IMG/VR virus record: IMGVR_UViG_3300044986_000368
DNA: 20,000 bases
Origin: an uncultured virus (IMG/VR IMGVR_UViG_3300044986_000368)
Lineage: Duplodnaviria > Heunggongvirae > Uroviricota > Caudoviricetes
Reading direction: 5' to 3' (one strand)
This document shows positions 7,019-14,920 of this stretch, piece by piece. Below the pieces are notes generated by a model. It saw nothing but the letters and a program-made list of their open reading frames with translations. It searched no databases and was not told the DNA's origin. The translations under genes were made by a program, and so were the position numbers. How positions within the stretch are numbered: the first letter of the stretch is position 1; each line of letters starts with the position of its first letter.

Positions 7019-8182
7019 ATGTCTGGACAACTCCAAACACTTAATACACCGCCGCCAGTTAGCGTTCAGACGCTTCTCTACGGCATTTATCAAGCCACTT
7101 CTAGCGGAAGCGGTGGCAGCACCGCATGGGGTTCCATTACCGGAACCCTGAGCAATCAGACCGACCTTCAGACGGCGCTCAACCTCAAGACCAACAACGC
7201 TGCGGCTGCGATCACTGGCGGCTCCGTAACCGGCCTGACTTCGTTCGGTTTGGCTAACGCCGACGCCAGCGGGTATGGCTTGTTTTTCCAAGTCAACGAG
7301 GTTCTTTCCTCACCACGGGTTCTATCGCTCAAGACCAACAACGCCAACCGGACGCTTGATCTGAGCGGCAACCTGACCCTTGGAGGCAACTTCACTACCA
7401 CCGGCAGCGGCACCATCGCCCTCGGTGGCTTTACCCTGACCGTCCCGGCGACCGGCACGGCGGCGCTTTTGGGGGTGGCGAATACGTTCACAGCAGCTCA
7501 AACTGTATCCGGTGGGACGGTCACGGTTAGCACACCTCTGCTAGACCTGTCACAAACTTGGAATGCTGGAGCAGTAGCCTTTACCGGCATCAAGGCCAAC
7601 TACACAGCCACCGCCGCCGCCGCAACATCCATGCTCATGGACTTGCAAGTTGGCGGCACATCAAAATTTAAGGTTGTCGCAAACAGCGCCACGGCGGGAA
7701 CCCAAGTTATTTTTTCAGGCAACGGAGCCTCGACGACAATCACTCAGGCGGCTTCGGAAGTTTCATTCAATAACGGCTTCTCAGCCACCTTGCGCTTTGG
7801 GCTTGGCAATACTGATACATCTATTGTCGGGCAAGGGTGTCCGATTCAACTTGCCAACTACGGAGATAACCCATTCAAGTTCGCCAAGAACGTCAATAGC
7901 GTGGCAGTTACGTTTGTGGTGGCTGTGGATGCAGCGGATGTGTTTGCCCTCAGAAATGCCAGTGCTGCCCAAACGCTCCGAGTTTACGGCACCTACACCG
8001 ACGCCAGCAATTATCGCCGTCTTGCCATCGGCAGCACCACGGCAGGCGTGTTTTCTATTACAGCCGAAGGCGCGGGAACCGGAGCCAGCGGCAATGTGCT
8101 GCACATTTCCAGCCTGCCCACCAGCAATCCCGGCCCCGGCATTCTTTGGAACAACGCGGGCACGCCAGCCATCGGAACCTAA
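7019..8182 (+). CDS. Fibre/spike-like virion protein (387 aa, G/T/A/S-rich)
   Basis: AWGSITGTLSNQTDLQTALN segment, beta-rich repeats and a C-terminal LPTSNPGPGILWNNAG motif typical of phage fibres. Confidence 0.7.
   Translation: MSGQLQTLNTPPPVSVQTLLYGIYQATSSGSGGSTAWGSITGTLSNQTDLQTALNLKTNNAAAAITGGSVTGLTSFGLANADASGYGLFFQVNEVLSSPRVLSLKTNNANRTLDLSGNLTLGGNFTTTGSGTIALGGFTLTVPATGTAALLGVANTFTAAQTVSGGTVTVSTPLLDLSQTWNAGAVAFTGIKANYTATAAAATSMLMDLQVGGTSKFKVVANSATAGTQVIFSGNGASTTITQAASEVSFNNGFSATLRFGLGNTDTSIVGQGCPIQLANYGDNPFKFAKNVNSVAVTFVVAVDAADVFALRNASAAQTLRVYGTYTDASNYRRLAIGSTTAGVFSITAEGAGTGASGNVLHISSLPTSNPGPGILWNNAGTPAIGT
7184..7344 (+). repeat. 17-bp direct repeat CTCAAGACCAACAACGC at 7184-7200 and 7328-7344
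   Basis: Exact copies 144 bp apart, in frame (LKTNNA twice). Confidence 0.85.
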
Positions 8183-8193
8183 AGCTAAACATC

Positions 8194-8442
8194 ATGAACA
8201 TCACCCTGACACCCGAACGCCTTGCTTCGCTCGAAGCCGAAGCCACCCGCCGCAATGCGGTGCCGAATGCCATCCCGACCACCGCCGAGGAGATCGCCAC
8301 GCAACTTGTCAGCGCGGCGGCGGACTCTTATGCGGCGACTGCACGCGATACCTATGTGCGCAGCCTCTACGAGCGCATCAAGACCGCCGATGCGGCCACT
8401 CAATCGGACATTTTCAACTATGCTGAAACGCAGTTAGCCTGA
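8194..8442 (+). CDS. Small helical protein, possible fibre chaperone (82 aa)
   Basis: Ala-rich ORF MNITLTPERL... directly after the fibre gene. Confidence 0.6.
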   Translation: MNITLTPERLASLEAEATRRNAVPNAIPTTAEEIATQLVSAAADSYAATARDTYVRSLYERIKTADAATQSDIFNYAETQLA

Positions 8443-8446
8443 CCTT

Positions 8447-8821
8447 ATGACCAACCTCCAAGCCAACCGCCTCTACGCCACACTCGCCGAACTGTCGAAG
8501 CCCATCACCATTTCCAAGGAGGGTAAGCCCACAGAAGTTCGTTTGTCGTTCAGCGGCAAAACCTGCCTCGCGATTGCCCGGATGAAGAGCAAGCTCACAC
8601 CGCATGTGACCGCGTGCGAGGAAGCCGTGAACGCCGTCATCGCCGCCCACGGCGGTCGTGTGCCGCCCGATCATCCAGCCTTTGCGGAGGTGGTGAAACA
8701 AATCACCGAGATCAATCAATCCACCTGTGATGTCGGCGACCTTGGCACCCTGTCGCTCGCTGAGTTTGAAGCCCAGGAAACGCTTCCTGATTTGGAGCCT
8801 CTGCTTCCTTACTTGCAGTAA
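8447..8821 (+). CDS. Hypothetical protein, possible fibre-assembly chaperone
   Basis: Packed into the operon with coding-like codon usage; function inferred from position only. Confidence 0.55.
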   Translation: MTNLQANRLYATLAELSKPITISKEGKPTEVRLSFSGKTCLAIARMKSKLTPHVTACEEAVNAVIAAHGGRVPPDHPAFAEVVKQITEINQSTCDVGDLGTLSLAEFEAQETLPDLEPLLPYLQ

Positions 8822-8854
8822 CCTCACCACGGCTGGACGCCGCAACAACATGAC

Positions 8855-9385
8855 ATGCAAACATTCGATGAACTTGATGACGATTGGGTTAGAGCACTCT
8901 TCACCGAATCGCCTACGCCGATGGCTCTTGTGTCTCCTGAGCATCGGGTGTTTAGACCTAACGATGCGTATTGCCGTCTTGTTGGTTACAGCCGAGGTGA
9001 GCTTGCATCAAGAACGTGGAAGTCATTTACTCACCCGGACGACCTCGCTGGCGACGAATCTGGAGCCGAAAGCCTTAAAACCGATCTTGAAACCGAGGTC
9101 TATACCGTTACCAAGCGATACATCACCAAGTCAGGAGAAATCGTATGGGTCAATCTTCACGTCAGAGCAATCCGAGACGGAGAGCGTTTTGTCTGCTATT
9201 TCGTTGTTGCCCACCCAATCAAATACCCCGTTGTCGGAACAACCGCAGTTGAGCAGCCGTCAAACTGGCTTGACTGGTGTAGAAAACACCCCAAAGACGC
9301 CCTCATGTTGGGAGGACTCGCTTCAATCGTCTTCGGAAGAGACTCCATCATTGAAATTCTCAAGGCAGTTCTGGCACTAAAATGA
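8855..9385 (+). CDS. Stand-alone PAS/PAC domain protein with C-terminal hydrophobic helix
   Basis: RALFTESPTPMALVS...NDAYCRLVGYSRGEL...WKSFTHPDD...KRYITKSGEIVWV is a classic PAS S-box/PAC pattern. Tail: ALMLGGLASIVFG...IIEILKAVLALK. Confidence 0.85.
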   Translation: MQTFDELDDDWVRALFTESPTPMALVSPEHRVFRPNDAYCRLVGYSRGELASRTWKSFTHPDDLAGDESGAESLKTDLETEVYTVTKRYITKSGEIVWVNLHVRAIRDGERFVCYFVVAHPIKYPVVGTTAVEQPSNWLDWCRKHPKDALMLGGLASIVFGRDSIIEILKAVLALK

Positions 9386-9825
9386 TCTGGCCGTTCCGCA
9401 AAAAGCAGCCGCCTGTTCCACGTCGGAAGCTCGATGTGGAGACGGTGAGAATGCTGCTAGACAAGCGGATTGCTGAGAACAAGCAAAGCAACTTCAAATC
9501 GTATTGGACAAAGAGCGCAATGGCCTTGGCGACGGTCAAGGATGTGGAGGATGCCAGCGCAAAGAGCTACGCACCTTGGGTCAAGGATGTCTGGGAATGC
9601 GAAAATCAGGCCCACAGTTTAATCGAAGCTGCTCAACGAAAAGCCGCGAATGAGGGCTGTCAGATTGCCATAGGCATCGTGTTTGCAGACCCTCCCGGCA
9701 GATTCCAAGATTCCGAACGCCACGTTTATGTCTGGATTGTTTCTGGACAAGGAATTGATTTCTATGATCCTACGGCGAGGCGTTGGTGCGAATGCCCGCA
9801 AAACATCTACTTTTCCCTGTTATGA
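9382..9825 (+). CDS. Papain/transglutaminase-like cysteine protease (agglutinin C-terminal-like)
   Basis: WECENQA...IGIV...HVYVWIV...FYDP gives a candidate Cys-His-Asp triad. ATGA overlap with the PAS gene. Confidence 0.6.
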   Translation: MIWPFRKKQPPVPRRKLDVETVRMLLDKRIAENKQSNFKSYWTKSAMALATVKDVEDASAKSYAPWVKDVWECENQAHSLIEAAQRKAANEGCQIAIGIVFADPPGRFQDSERHVYVWIVSGQGIDFYDPTARRWCECPQNIYFSLL

Positions 9826-10412
9826 GCCGAAAAGCCGAATTTCTCACTCCATTTGAAGCCAAGGACATTTCTGGTGATCGTGAGGTATCTCGCTTGAAGC
9901 TACTGTCTCCTTTTCGTGTGTATAGCGATGAGCTTGATGCCGAGTTCACCGTGCCAGAAGGCTTCGAGTTTGACGAATCCATCCCCGGCCCGCTGCAAGG
10001 CATTGTCCGTCCATTTGGCATGTCCAAACGTGGCGCGTGCGTCCATGACTGGTTGTATCAGAACCACGGCTATCAGGCTGATGACGGCGCATTCGTTCCT
10101 GTCACCCGTGAGCAAGCCGATGCCGTTTACCGTGAGATGCTCCTAGCTAAAGGCACTCCCGTGTGGCGTGCAAACATCCGCTGGTTTGCCTTGCGAATCG
10201 GCGGCTGGCTGGCATGGCGCAATGCTGTGGCAGTGGTCGCTATGATGCTCGCCTCTTGCGCTAACGACATTGCTGGCCTGTCACGCGATGAGCGTCTAGC
10301 CATCTATGGCACTGTGGCAACCGTTGCAGGACAGCCAGAAATCGCTTCCATAGCCTACGGACTGCGTAGGAATCTTTCTTCTGCAAAAGCACCAAAAAAC
10401 ATATCACCATGA
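9822..10412 (+). CDS. DUF1353-like protein with a C-terminal lipoprotein-like extension
   Basis: FTVPEGFEFDESIP...ACVHDWLY...TREQADAVYREML, followed by AVAVVAMMLASC. Start at ATGA 9822. Confidence 0.75.
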   Translation: MSRKAEFLTPFEAKDISGDREVSRLKLLSPFRVYSDELDAEFTVPEGFEFDESIPGPLQGIVRPFGMSKRGACVHDWLYQNHGYQADDGAFVPVTREQADAVYREMLLAKGTPVWRANIRWFALRIGGWLAWRNAVAVVAMMLASCANDIAGLSRDERLAIYGTVATVAGQPEIASIAYGLRRNLSSAKAPKNISP

Positions 10413-10495
10413 CGGGATTTATACTAGGAATCATCGGCATAGCTGCATGCGTTGCGGTGGTCATGAGTATTTTTTACTTGATAAACCGCCTTTAG
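10409..10495 (+). CDS. 28-aa single-TM peptide
   Basis: MTGFILGIIGIAACVAVVMSIFYLINRL; ATGA-coupled to the upstream stop; below the ORF-track cutoff. Confidence 0.55.
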   Translation: MTGFILGIIGIAACVAVVMSIFYLINRL

Positions 10496-10532
10496 GTAGC
10501 TTACAGTTGGGTTACCCCAAGGAACTCATACG

Positions 10533-11528
10533 ATGAAAAACTGGTCAACTGCCGTTCACGAGAGTCAGGAAATCCGACACAAAAAGACGGTTTCTGACTT
10601 TGAAGCCGAGAGAAAAAACCTTCTCTCGGTCATCTCCGAAAAAGATCACCAGCTAAACATCGCCCTTGGCATCAGCGGCGAAAAGCCAACGGTGTCCAAG
10701 ATCAAAGCGGCAAAAGAAATGGACGCGGAGGCCACGTTTGTCGCAGTCGCATCAGACTGGCATGTGGAGGAGACGGTTGAAGGCAAGACCATCAACAACC
10801 TGAACGAGTTCAATCTCGACATAGCCGAGCAGCGCATCAACCGCTTTTGGAACTCGATTGTCCGCATGGCTCAAATCCAGCGTCACGGTGCCAAAATTGA
10901 CCGCCTAGTTCTCGTTTTGGGAGGCGACCTGATGACGGGTTATATCCATGAAGAGCTGATGGAGAACAACGCTCTATCGCCAACGCAGACGGTATTGTGG
11001 CTTCAAGATCAAATTGCCAGCGGAGTTGAATTGCTGTCGAAGCACTTTGGCGAAGTGGTGATTCCTTGTGTCTATGGGAATCATAGTCGAACCTGTCGCA
11101 AACCTCGCCATGCCACAGGTGCGGCAAACTCCTACGAGTGGATGCTCTACAAGACGATGGCGAAACACCTCGGCAGAAAGGCAGAATGGCACGTGTCCGA
11201 TGGTTATCACCTTCTTCTCGACCTCTACGGCAAGACTCTGCGCATTCACCACGGCGACGGCTTGCAGTATCAAGGTGGCATCGGTGGACTGACAATCCCC
11301 GTGGAAAAGGCCATCGCATCTTGGAATAAAGGTGTTCCGGCAGACCTCGACATTTTTGGTCACTGGCATCAGTCGCAACAGAACCCCAAGTGGATTTGTA
11401 ATTCGAGCCTAATCGGGTACAATGCGTACTCTGTGGCGATCAAAGCTCCCTACGAGCCTCCGTCGCAAACAGGCTTCATTTTCGACAAACGATACGGCAG
11501 AACAATCACGTTCCCAATCTTTGTCTAA
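10533..11528 (+). CDS. Calcineurin-like metallophosphoesterase
   Basis: All five motifs present: SDWH, GGD, GNH, HHGD, GHWH. Confidence 0.85.
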   Translation: MKNWSTAVHESQEIRHKKTVSDFEAERKNLLSVISEKDHQLNIALGISGEKPTVSKIKAAKEMDAEATFVAVASDWHVEETVEGKTINNLNEFNLDIAEQRINRFWNSIVRMAQIQRHGAKIDRLVLVLGGDLMTGYIHEELMENNALSPTQTVLWLQDQIASGVELLSKHFGEVVIPCVYGNHSRTCRKPRHATGAANSYEWMLYKTMAKHLGRKAEWHVSDGYHLLLDLYGKTLRIHHGDGLQYQGGIGGLTIPVEKAIASWNKGVPADLDIFGHWHQSQQNPKWICNSSLIGYNAYSVAIKAPYEPPSQTGFIFDKRYGRTITFPIFV

Positions 11529-11545
11529 AACCAAAGCAAACACAC

Positions 11546-11923
11546 ATGAACTGGCAAAAAGCAATCGACAAGATCAATCAGGACAAATACAAAATCCCCG
11601 CTGGATGGGATTCAAAAGAAAAGATAGCTCAAGAGCTTCAATGCTCTCCAGACCGGGTTCACGACCTGCTCAAAAGCGGCATCGCATCAGGAGCGTTTGA
11701 AAGCCAAGAGTTCCCAGTGTGGGATGCCAAGCGCAGGCTGACAGTCAGGATTCGATGCTATCGTCAGCGTGTTGACGAAAACTCGCCAGCGCCAACGAAT
11801 GATTTGAACGCCAAGATCGCGGCCTCCATCCGTCGCAATCCAAAGCACTCGGATGCTGATATTGCGAAGAACTTCCGTGGTGCCACAAAGGCAATGGTAG
11901 CAGCCGTTCGCGCAACCCTGTGA
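11546..11923 (+). CDS. Hypothetical protein, possibly HTH DNA-binding
   Basis: KEKIAQELQCSPDRVHDLL and SDADIAKNF...TKAMVAAVR are HTH-like segments. Confidence 0.6.
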   Translation: MNWQKAIDKINQDKYKIPAGWDSKEKIAQELQCSPDRVHDLLKSGIASGAFESQEFPVWDAKRRLTVRIRCYRQRVDENSPAPTNDLNAKIAASIRRNPKHSDADIAKNFRGATKAMVAAVRATL

Positions 11924-12177
11924 AAGCCGAGTCCATCACCGTTCTAAAGCGCAAGCTTGGGCGTCACAAGGCGCTTGGGCTTGCGCACGGTAATGGAAAG
12001 ATCGAGATTGACGAGCGCCTTCGTGGAAGGCATCACCTGTGCATCCTTATTCATGAGTTCCTGCACGAATGGGAATGGGCGCTTCCAGAAGAGGTTGTGG
12101 ACAAATTGTCCAGAGACTTGTCAAAGTTCCTTCACAAGCACAACGCCAGAATGATCGAGGAGGACAGTCAGCCGTGA
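11920..12177 (+). CDS. Small HExxH zinc metallopeptidase-like protein
   Basis: GLA...IEIDERL...ILIHEFLHEW...EEVV; GTGA overlap with the upstream gene. Confidence 0.65.
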   Translation: MKAESITVLKRKLGRHKALGLAHGNGKIEIDERLRGRHHLCILIHEFLHEWEWALPEEVVDKLSRDLSKFLHKHNARMIEEDSQP

Positions 12178-12275
12178 TCGAGGAGTTCTCCGCATTGCAA
12201 ATTTCCGCCCTGACATTTATAGCCATCCTGCTACTCATTTGGGGGCTTGTAATCATCAACTCATCCAAGATATGA
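12174..12275 (+). CDS. 33-aa single-TM peptide upstream of the endolysin
   Basis: MIEEFSALQISALTFIAILLLIWGLVIINSSKI; GTGA overlap at the start and ATGA overlap at the end. Confidence 0.55.
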   Translation: MIEEFSALQISALTFIAILLLIWGLVIINSSKI

Positions 12276-12766
12276 AACTCTCAGAAGCAATCGTAGAAAT
12301 CGCCAAAAAGGAAATTGGAGTCACTGAAATCAACGGGTCAAATTGCGGCCCTCGCGTGAACGAATACAAAGCTGCCACTTGGCTTCCTGCCAACAAAGGC
12401 TGGCCTTGGTGCGCGGCGTTTGTCTGTTGGTGCGTTCGTGAAGCCCTGACCATGACCGGCATCAAGGAAACCAAGACGTTCAAGCGTCCTCGCACGGCTG
12501 GCGCGTGGGATTTTGAAAACTGGAGCAAGGATCAGGACAACAGCACCAACACCAAAAAGCCTCATCGCGGAGACATTCAATCTGGTGACATTGTGATCTT
12601 CACCTTTAGCCATATCGGTATCGCTACGTCTGCGCCAGACAAGAATGGCAATGTGAGGACGTGTGAGGGGAATACAGACGGCGCAGGAAGCCGTGAAGGT
12701 GGTGCTGTTCTGGCTAAAACCCGTCACATTTCAAAGATTCGCAGCCGCATTCGATTCACGATATGA
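12272..12766 (+). CDS. CHAP-domain endolysin/amidase (164 aa)
   Basis: EIGVTE...N.GPRV...PWCAAFVCWC...GDIVIF...HIGI...TCEGNT. Confidence 0.85.
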   Translation: MKLSEAIVEIAKKEIGVTEINGSNCGPRVNEYKAATWLPANKGWPWCAAFVCWCVREALTMTGIKETKTFKRPRTAGAWDFENWSKDQDNSTNTKKPHRGDIQSGDIVIFTFSHIGIATSAPDKNGNVRTCEGNTDGAGSREGGAVLAKTRHISKIRSRIRFTI

Positions 12767-12960
12767 CCGACTGGGAAAAGATCGTCAATCACTTCGAGGC
12801 CACCGCAAAGTGCGTTCATGGCAACAACCCTCGCGTCTTTTACGAACCGGGGTGCCTTGTTGTGGAAACCAAAGGCAACTGCAAGTGTGAGCATTGGGAT
12901 GGCGAGGGATTGCCGCTCACTCAAGTCTTGGCTGAGTGGCAGAAGCGGTTTGCAACGTAG
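12763..12960 (+). CDS. Hypothetical Cys-containing protein (65 aa)
   Basis: ATGA-coupled to the endolysin; overlaps the convergent MTase by 44 nt. Confidence 0.5.
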   Translation: MTDWEKIVNHFEATAKCVHGNNPRVFYEPGCLVVETKGNCKCEHWDGEGLPLTQVLAEWQKRFAT

Positions 12961-13447
12961 TCATTTTACAATCCCCTGTCCATCCTCGTTGGATATGAAC
13001 AGCCCCTAGACTAAATCCAGTCTGAGGCCAAGGCTTCGGAGGTGTCGGAACAAAAAGTATTTCGCGTATGCCAAACCCCGCCTCCTCCATGTCCCGAAGA
13101 CGGGCTTTCATGAAGAAGGCGTTCACCAAGCAGAGAAACACGACGTTATTGGAGCACTCCATGGACTTCTTGAGAAAGGCGCGGAGCTTTGACCACGGTG
13201 GGTTGGTGATTGTCCAGCAGACAGGCTCTTGACAAGAATTAAGAAAATCCAGCCCAACGTCGATCTCATACCACTCCACGAACCCGTTTGTAGCATAAGG
13301 TAGCATTGCGTCACTGAACGCTCCACTTCCCTTGCAAGGGTCTAGCAGCATGCCACTCGGATTGAAATGCGCCACAATCTGACGAGCCAGCTTAGGCGGG
13401 GTGTAAACGCGGTCATTGCCGCCTTTGGGTGCAAGTGGTCTGCTCAT
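12917..13447 (-). CDS. Small DNA N6-adenine methyltransferase
   Basis: DRVYTP...LLDPCKGSGAF (motif I) and ITNPPW (motif IV). Confidence 0.85.
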   Translation of the reverse strand: MSRPLAPKGGNDRVYTPPKLARQIVAHFNPSGMLLDPCKGSGAFSDAMLPYATNGFVEWYEIDVGLDFLNSCQEPVCWTITNPPWSKLRAFLKKSMECSNNVVFLCLVNAFFMKARLRDMEEAGFGIREILFVPTPPKPWPQTGFSLGAVHIQRGWTGDCKMTTLQTASATQPRLE

Positions 13448-13659
13448 TTCTTTTTAATCGTTTCACCAAAAACCAGCGTTCTTTTCGCCGGAACTATTTT
13501 CGGCACCTCTCTTGCCTCCTGCGGCACATTAAACGGCACCCGGTTCTTGATGCTCCATGAATGGAACTCAGTCGGCAGCAGAACATCGCCCGTGCAAAGG
13601 CAGTGGCCTTCCCAAAGGCTGCGACCTGCTTTATGGCACTTGGGGCAGAGTTCTCTCAT
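13444..13659 (-). CDS. Hypothetical protein with CxxC
   Basis: 4-nt overlaps with both neighbours. Confidence 0.55.
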   Translation of the reverse strand: MRELCPKCHKAGRSLWEGHCLCTGDVLLPTEFHSWSIKNRVPFNVPQEAREVPKIVPAKRTLVFGETIKKK

Positions 13660-13892
13660 CCCGCAGGCATCTGGCTCTTGACCATGCTCGCCACAACATT
13701 GCGCACCGTGTTTTCATGGGCCGAAATTGCCTCCTCAAGCACTTTGGGATCGAATGAGTAATTGGCAAACAGCATCCCGGCGCTAAACACCGCGCTGGAC
13801 ATGAGCATCTGCTTCACGTCGGCTTTGTGTTCTTGCGCCGCAAAGTCGGCTGCTGCGGTGATTTTTTCGGTGATTTCGGTCAAGTATTGCAT
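13656..13892 (-). CDS. Hypothetical protein (78 aa)
   Basis: Coupled to the downstream gene; CG-TAAACT -10-like box 9 nt upstream. Confidence 0.6.
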   Translation of the reverse strand: MQYLTEITEKITAAADFAAQEHKADVKQMLMSSAVFSAGMLFANYSFDPKVLEEAISAHENTVRNVVASMVKSQMPAG

Positions 13893-13952
13893 GGTGAGGA
13901 AAGTTTACGCTTTTACTGTTTTTGAAGGAGGCAAGTTAAGATGGTGTGAGTT

Positions 13953-14282
13953 TCATGGCTTTTTAAGTTTAAGTCCGCATGCAGAAAGTCTAGCTGTTAT
14001 TTCATGAAGGGTATTCTTTCCAAGGCACCTGTATTGAAGTAATTGCCCCTCTGTGTAAGATGTCAGTTTGCCGATTGTGTCGATATTGGCGTTTTCCAAA
14101 ATTCTTCTCGTTCTGTCGCTAAACATCAATACATCAACCAAGTCGTTTGACGAAACTTCGTTTTTGAATCGCTTTTTATCTATCAAAAGTGATACCGCAT
14201 GAATCATTCTTGCTTCAAGTTTGCAAATTTCCCGTGCAATCATTGATTGAATTTCTTCTTCTGTGAGAATTTGGATTTTCAT
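13953..14282 (-). CDS. RNA polymerase alpha C-terminal domain-like protein
   Basis: FSDRTRRILENANIDTIGKLTSYTEGQLLQYRCLGKNTLHEITARLSACGL parallels RpoA-CTD LTVRSANCL...IGDLV...E.ELL....LGKKSL.EI...L. Confidence 0.8.
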   Translation of the reverse strand: MKIQILTEEEIQSMIAREICKLEARMIHAVSLLIDKKRFKNEVSSNDLVDVLMFSDRTRRILENANIDTIGKLTSYTEGQLLQYRCLGKNTLHEITARLSACGLKLKKP

Positions 14283-14291
14283 GAGAAGCCA

Positions 14292-14320
14292 ACCTTACGC
14301 TTATTACAACTCAGAGTCAA
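14292..14320 (-). promoter_or_regulatory. Promoter TTGACT-17-TAAGGT, 9 nt before ATG 14282
   Basis: Near-consensus -35 and the repeated -10 motif. Confidence 0.65.
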
Positions 14321-14609
14321 CGCCGTCTTTCAGGATCAATGTTTCCTGAATCACCCCCGGCATATCATCCACCCAAACGTCCACCTTGTAGCCAGCTTTG
14401 CGTGCAGATTGTTCTTTGAACATTCCTGCCGAGACAATAATAGGAAGATCGTCGCTATCAATTTTGAGCCTCTTCAACTTTTCAGGCGGCTGCTCAGCGC
14501 CAGTGACAATAATGGTTGTCCATCCAGCCATGCGGAACTCACGAATCACCCTGTAAAACGTGTCAGGGTCTAGCGAAATGGTTCCGTCGATGTCAAATGC
14601 GATGGTCAT
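14304..14609 (-). CDS. Minimal HAD-superfamily hydrolase (101 aa)
   Basis: IAFDIDGT (motif I), IIVTG (motif II), FK (motif III), VWVDDMP (motif IV). Start at ATG 14609. Confidence 0.8.
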   Translation of the reverse strand: MTIAFDIDGTISLDPDTFYRVIREFRMAGWTTIIVTGAEQPPEKLKRLKIDSDDLPIIVSAGMFKEQSARKAGYKVDVWVDDMPGVIQETLILKDGVDSEL

Positions 14610-14616
14610 GGTTTTA

Positions 14617-14645
14617 ACCTTACGCTTTTTACAACCATCAGTCAA
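14617..14645 (-). promoter_or_regulatory. Promoter TTGACT-17-TAAGGT, 7 nt before ATG 14609
   Basis: Shares GTTGTAAWAAGCGTAAGGTT with the copy at 14292. Confidence 0.7.
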
Positions 14646-14661
14646 CAAGCATCACAGAATC

Positions 14662-14850
14662 TCATTTTCCGGCGTGCTGATGCGAATCCAGTCTTGGTAG
14701 GTTGCTTCTTTTGCCAAAACCATCAGCCTCAACAATCACTTTGCGTTGGCTCAAAATCTTTGCCGCCATCTTTCTCATAAGCTCGCTTTCAGATTTCAGC
14801 AGTTTTTCGAGTGATTCGCTACTCATGGCGTTTAGGGTAAAGTTCTTCAT
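14662..14850 (-). CDS. Hypothetical protein (about 62 aa)
   Basis: MKNFTLNAMSSESLEKLL...; the longer track ORF runs through a hairpin. Confidence 0.4.
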   Translation of the reverse strand: MKNFTLNAMSSESLEKLLKSESELMRKMAAKILSQRKVIVEADGFGKRSNLPRLDSHQHAGK

Positions 14851-14889
14851 AAAGCTACTTTCAATGGGTTTCTCGGCGTTTTGGATGCA

Positions 14890-14920
14890 CACACAGACCC
14901 TTAGCAAAAGGGTCTGTGTG
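14890..14920. repeat. Perfect 13-bp inverted repeat
   Basis: CACACAGACCCTT-AGCAA-AAGGGTCTGTGTG. Confidence 0.85.

Noticed and set aside
7650..9380. Long alternative-frame ORFs (7650-8426, 8414-8944, 8727-9380; likewise 15143-15748)
   Set aside because: Shadow ORFs over better-supported genes, with no recognisable motifs.
12917..13447. Restriction-modification system
   Set aside because: No cognate endonuclease recognised; orphan MTases are common in phages.
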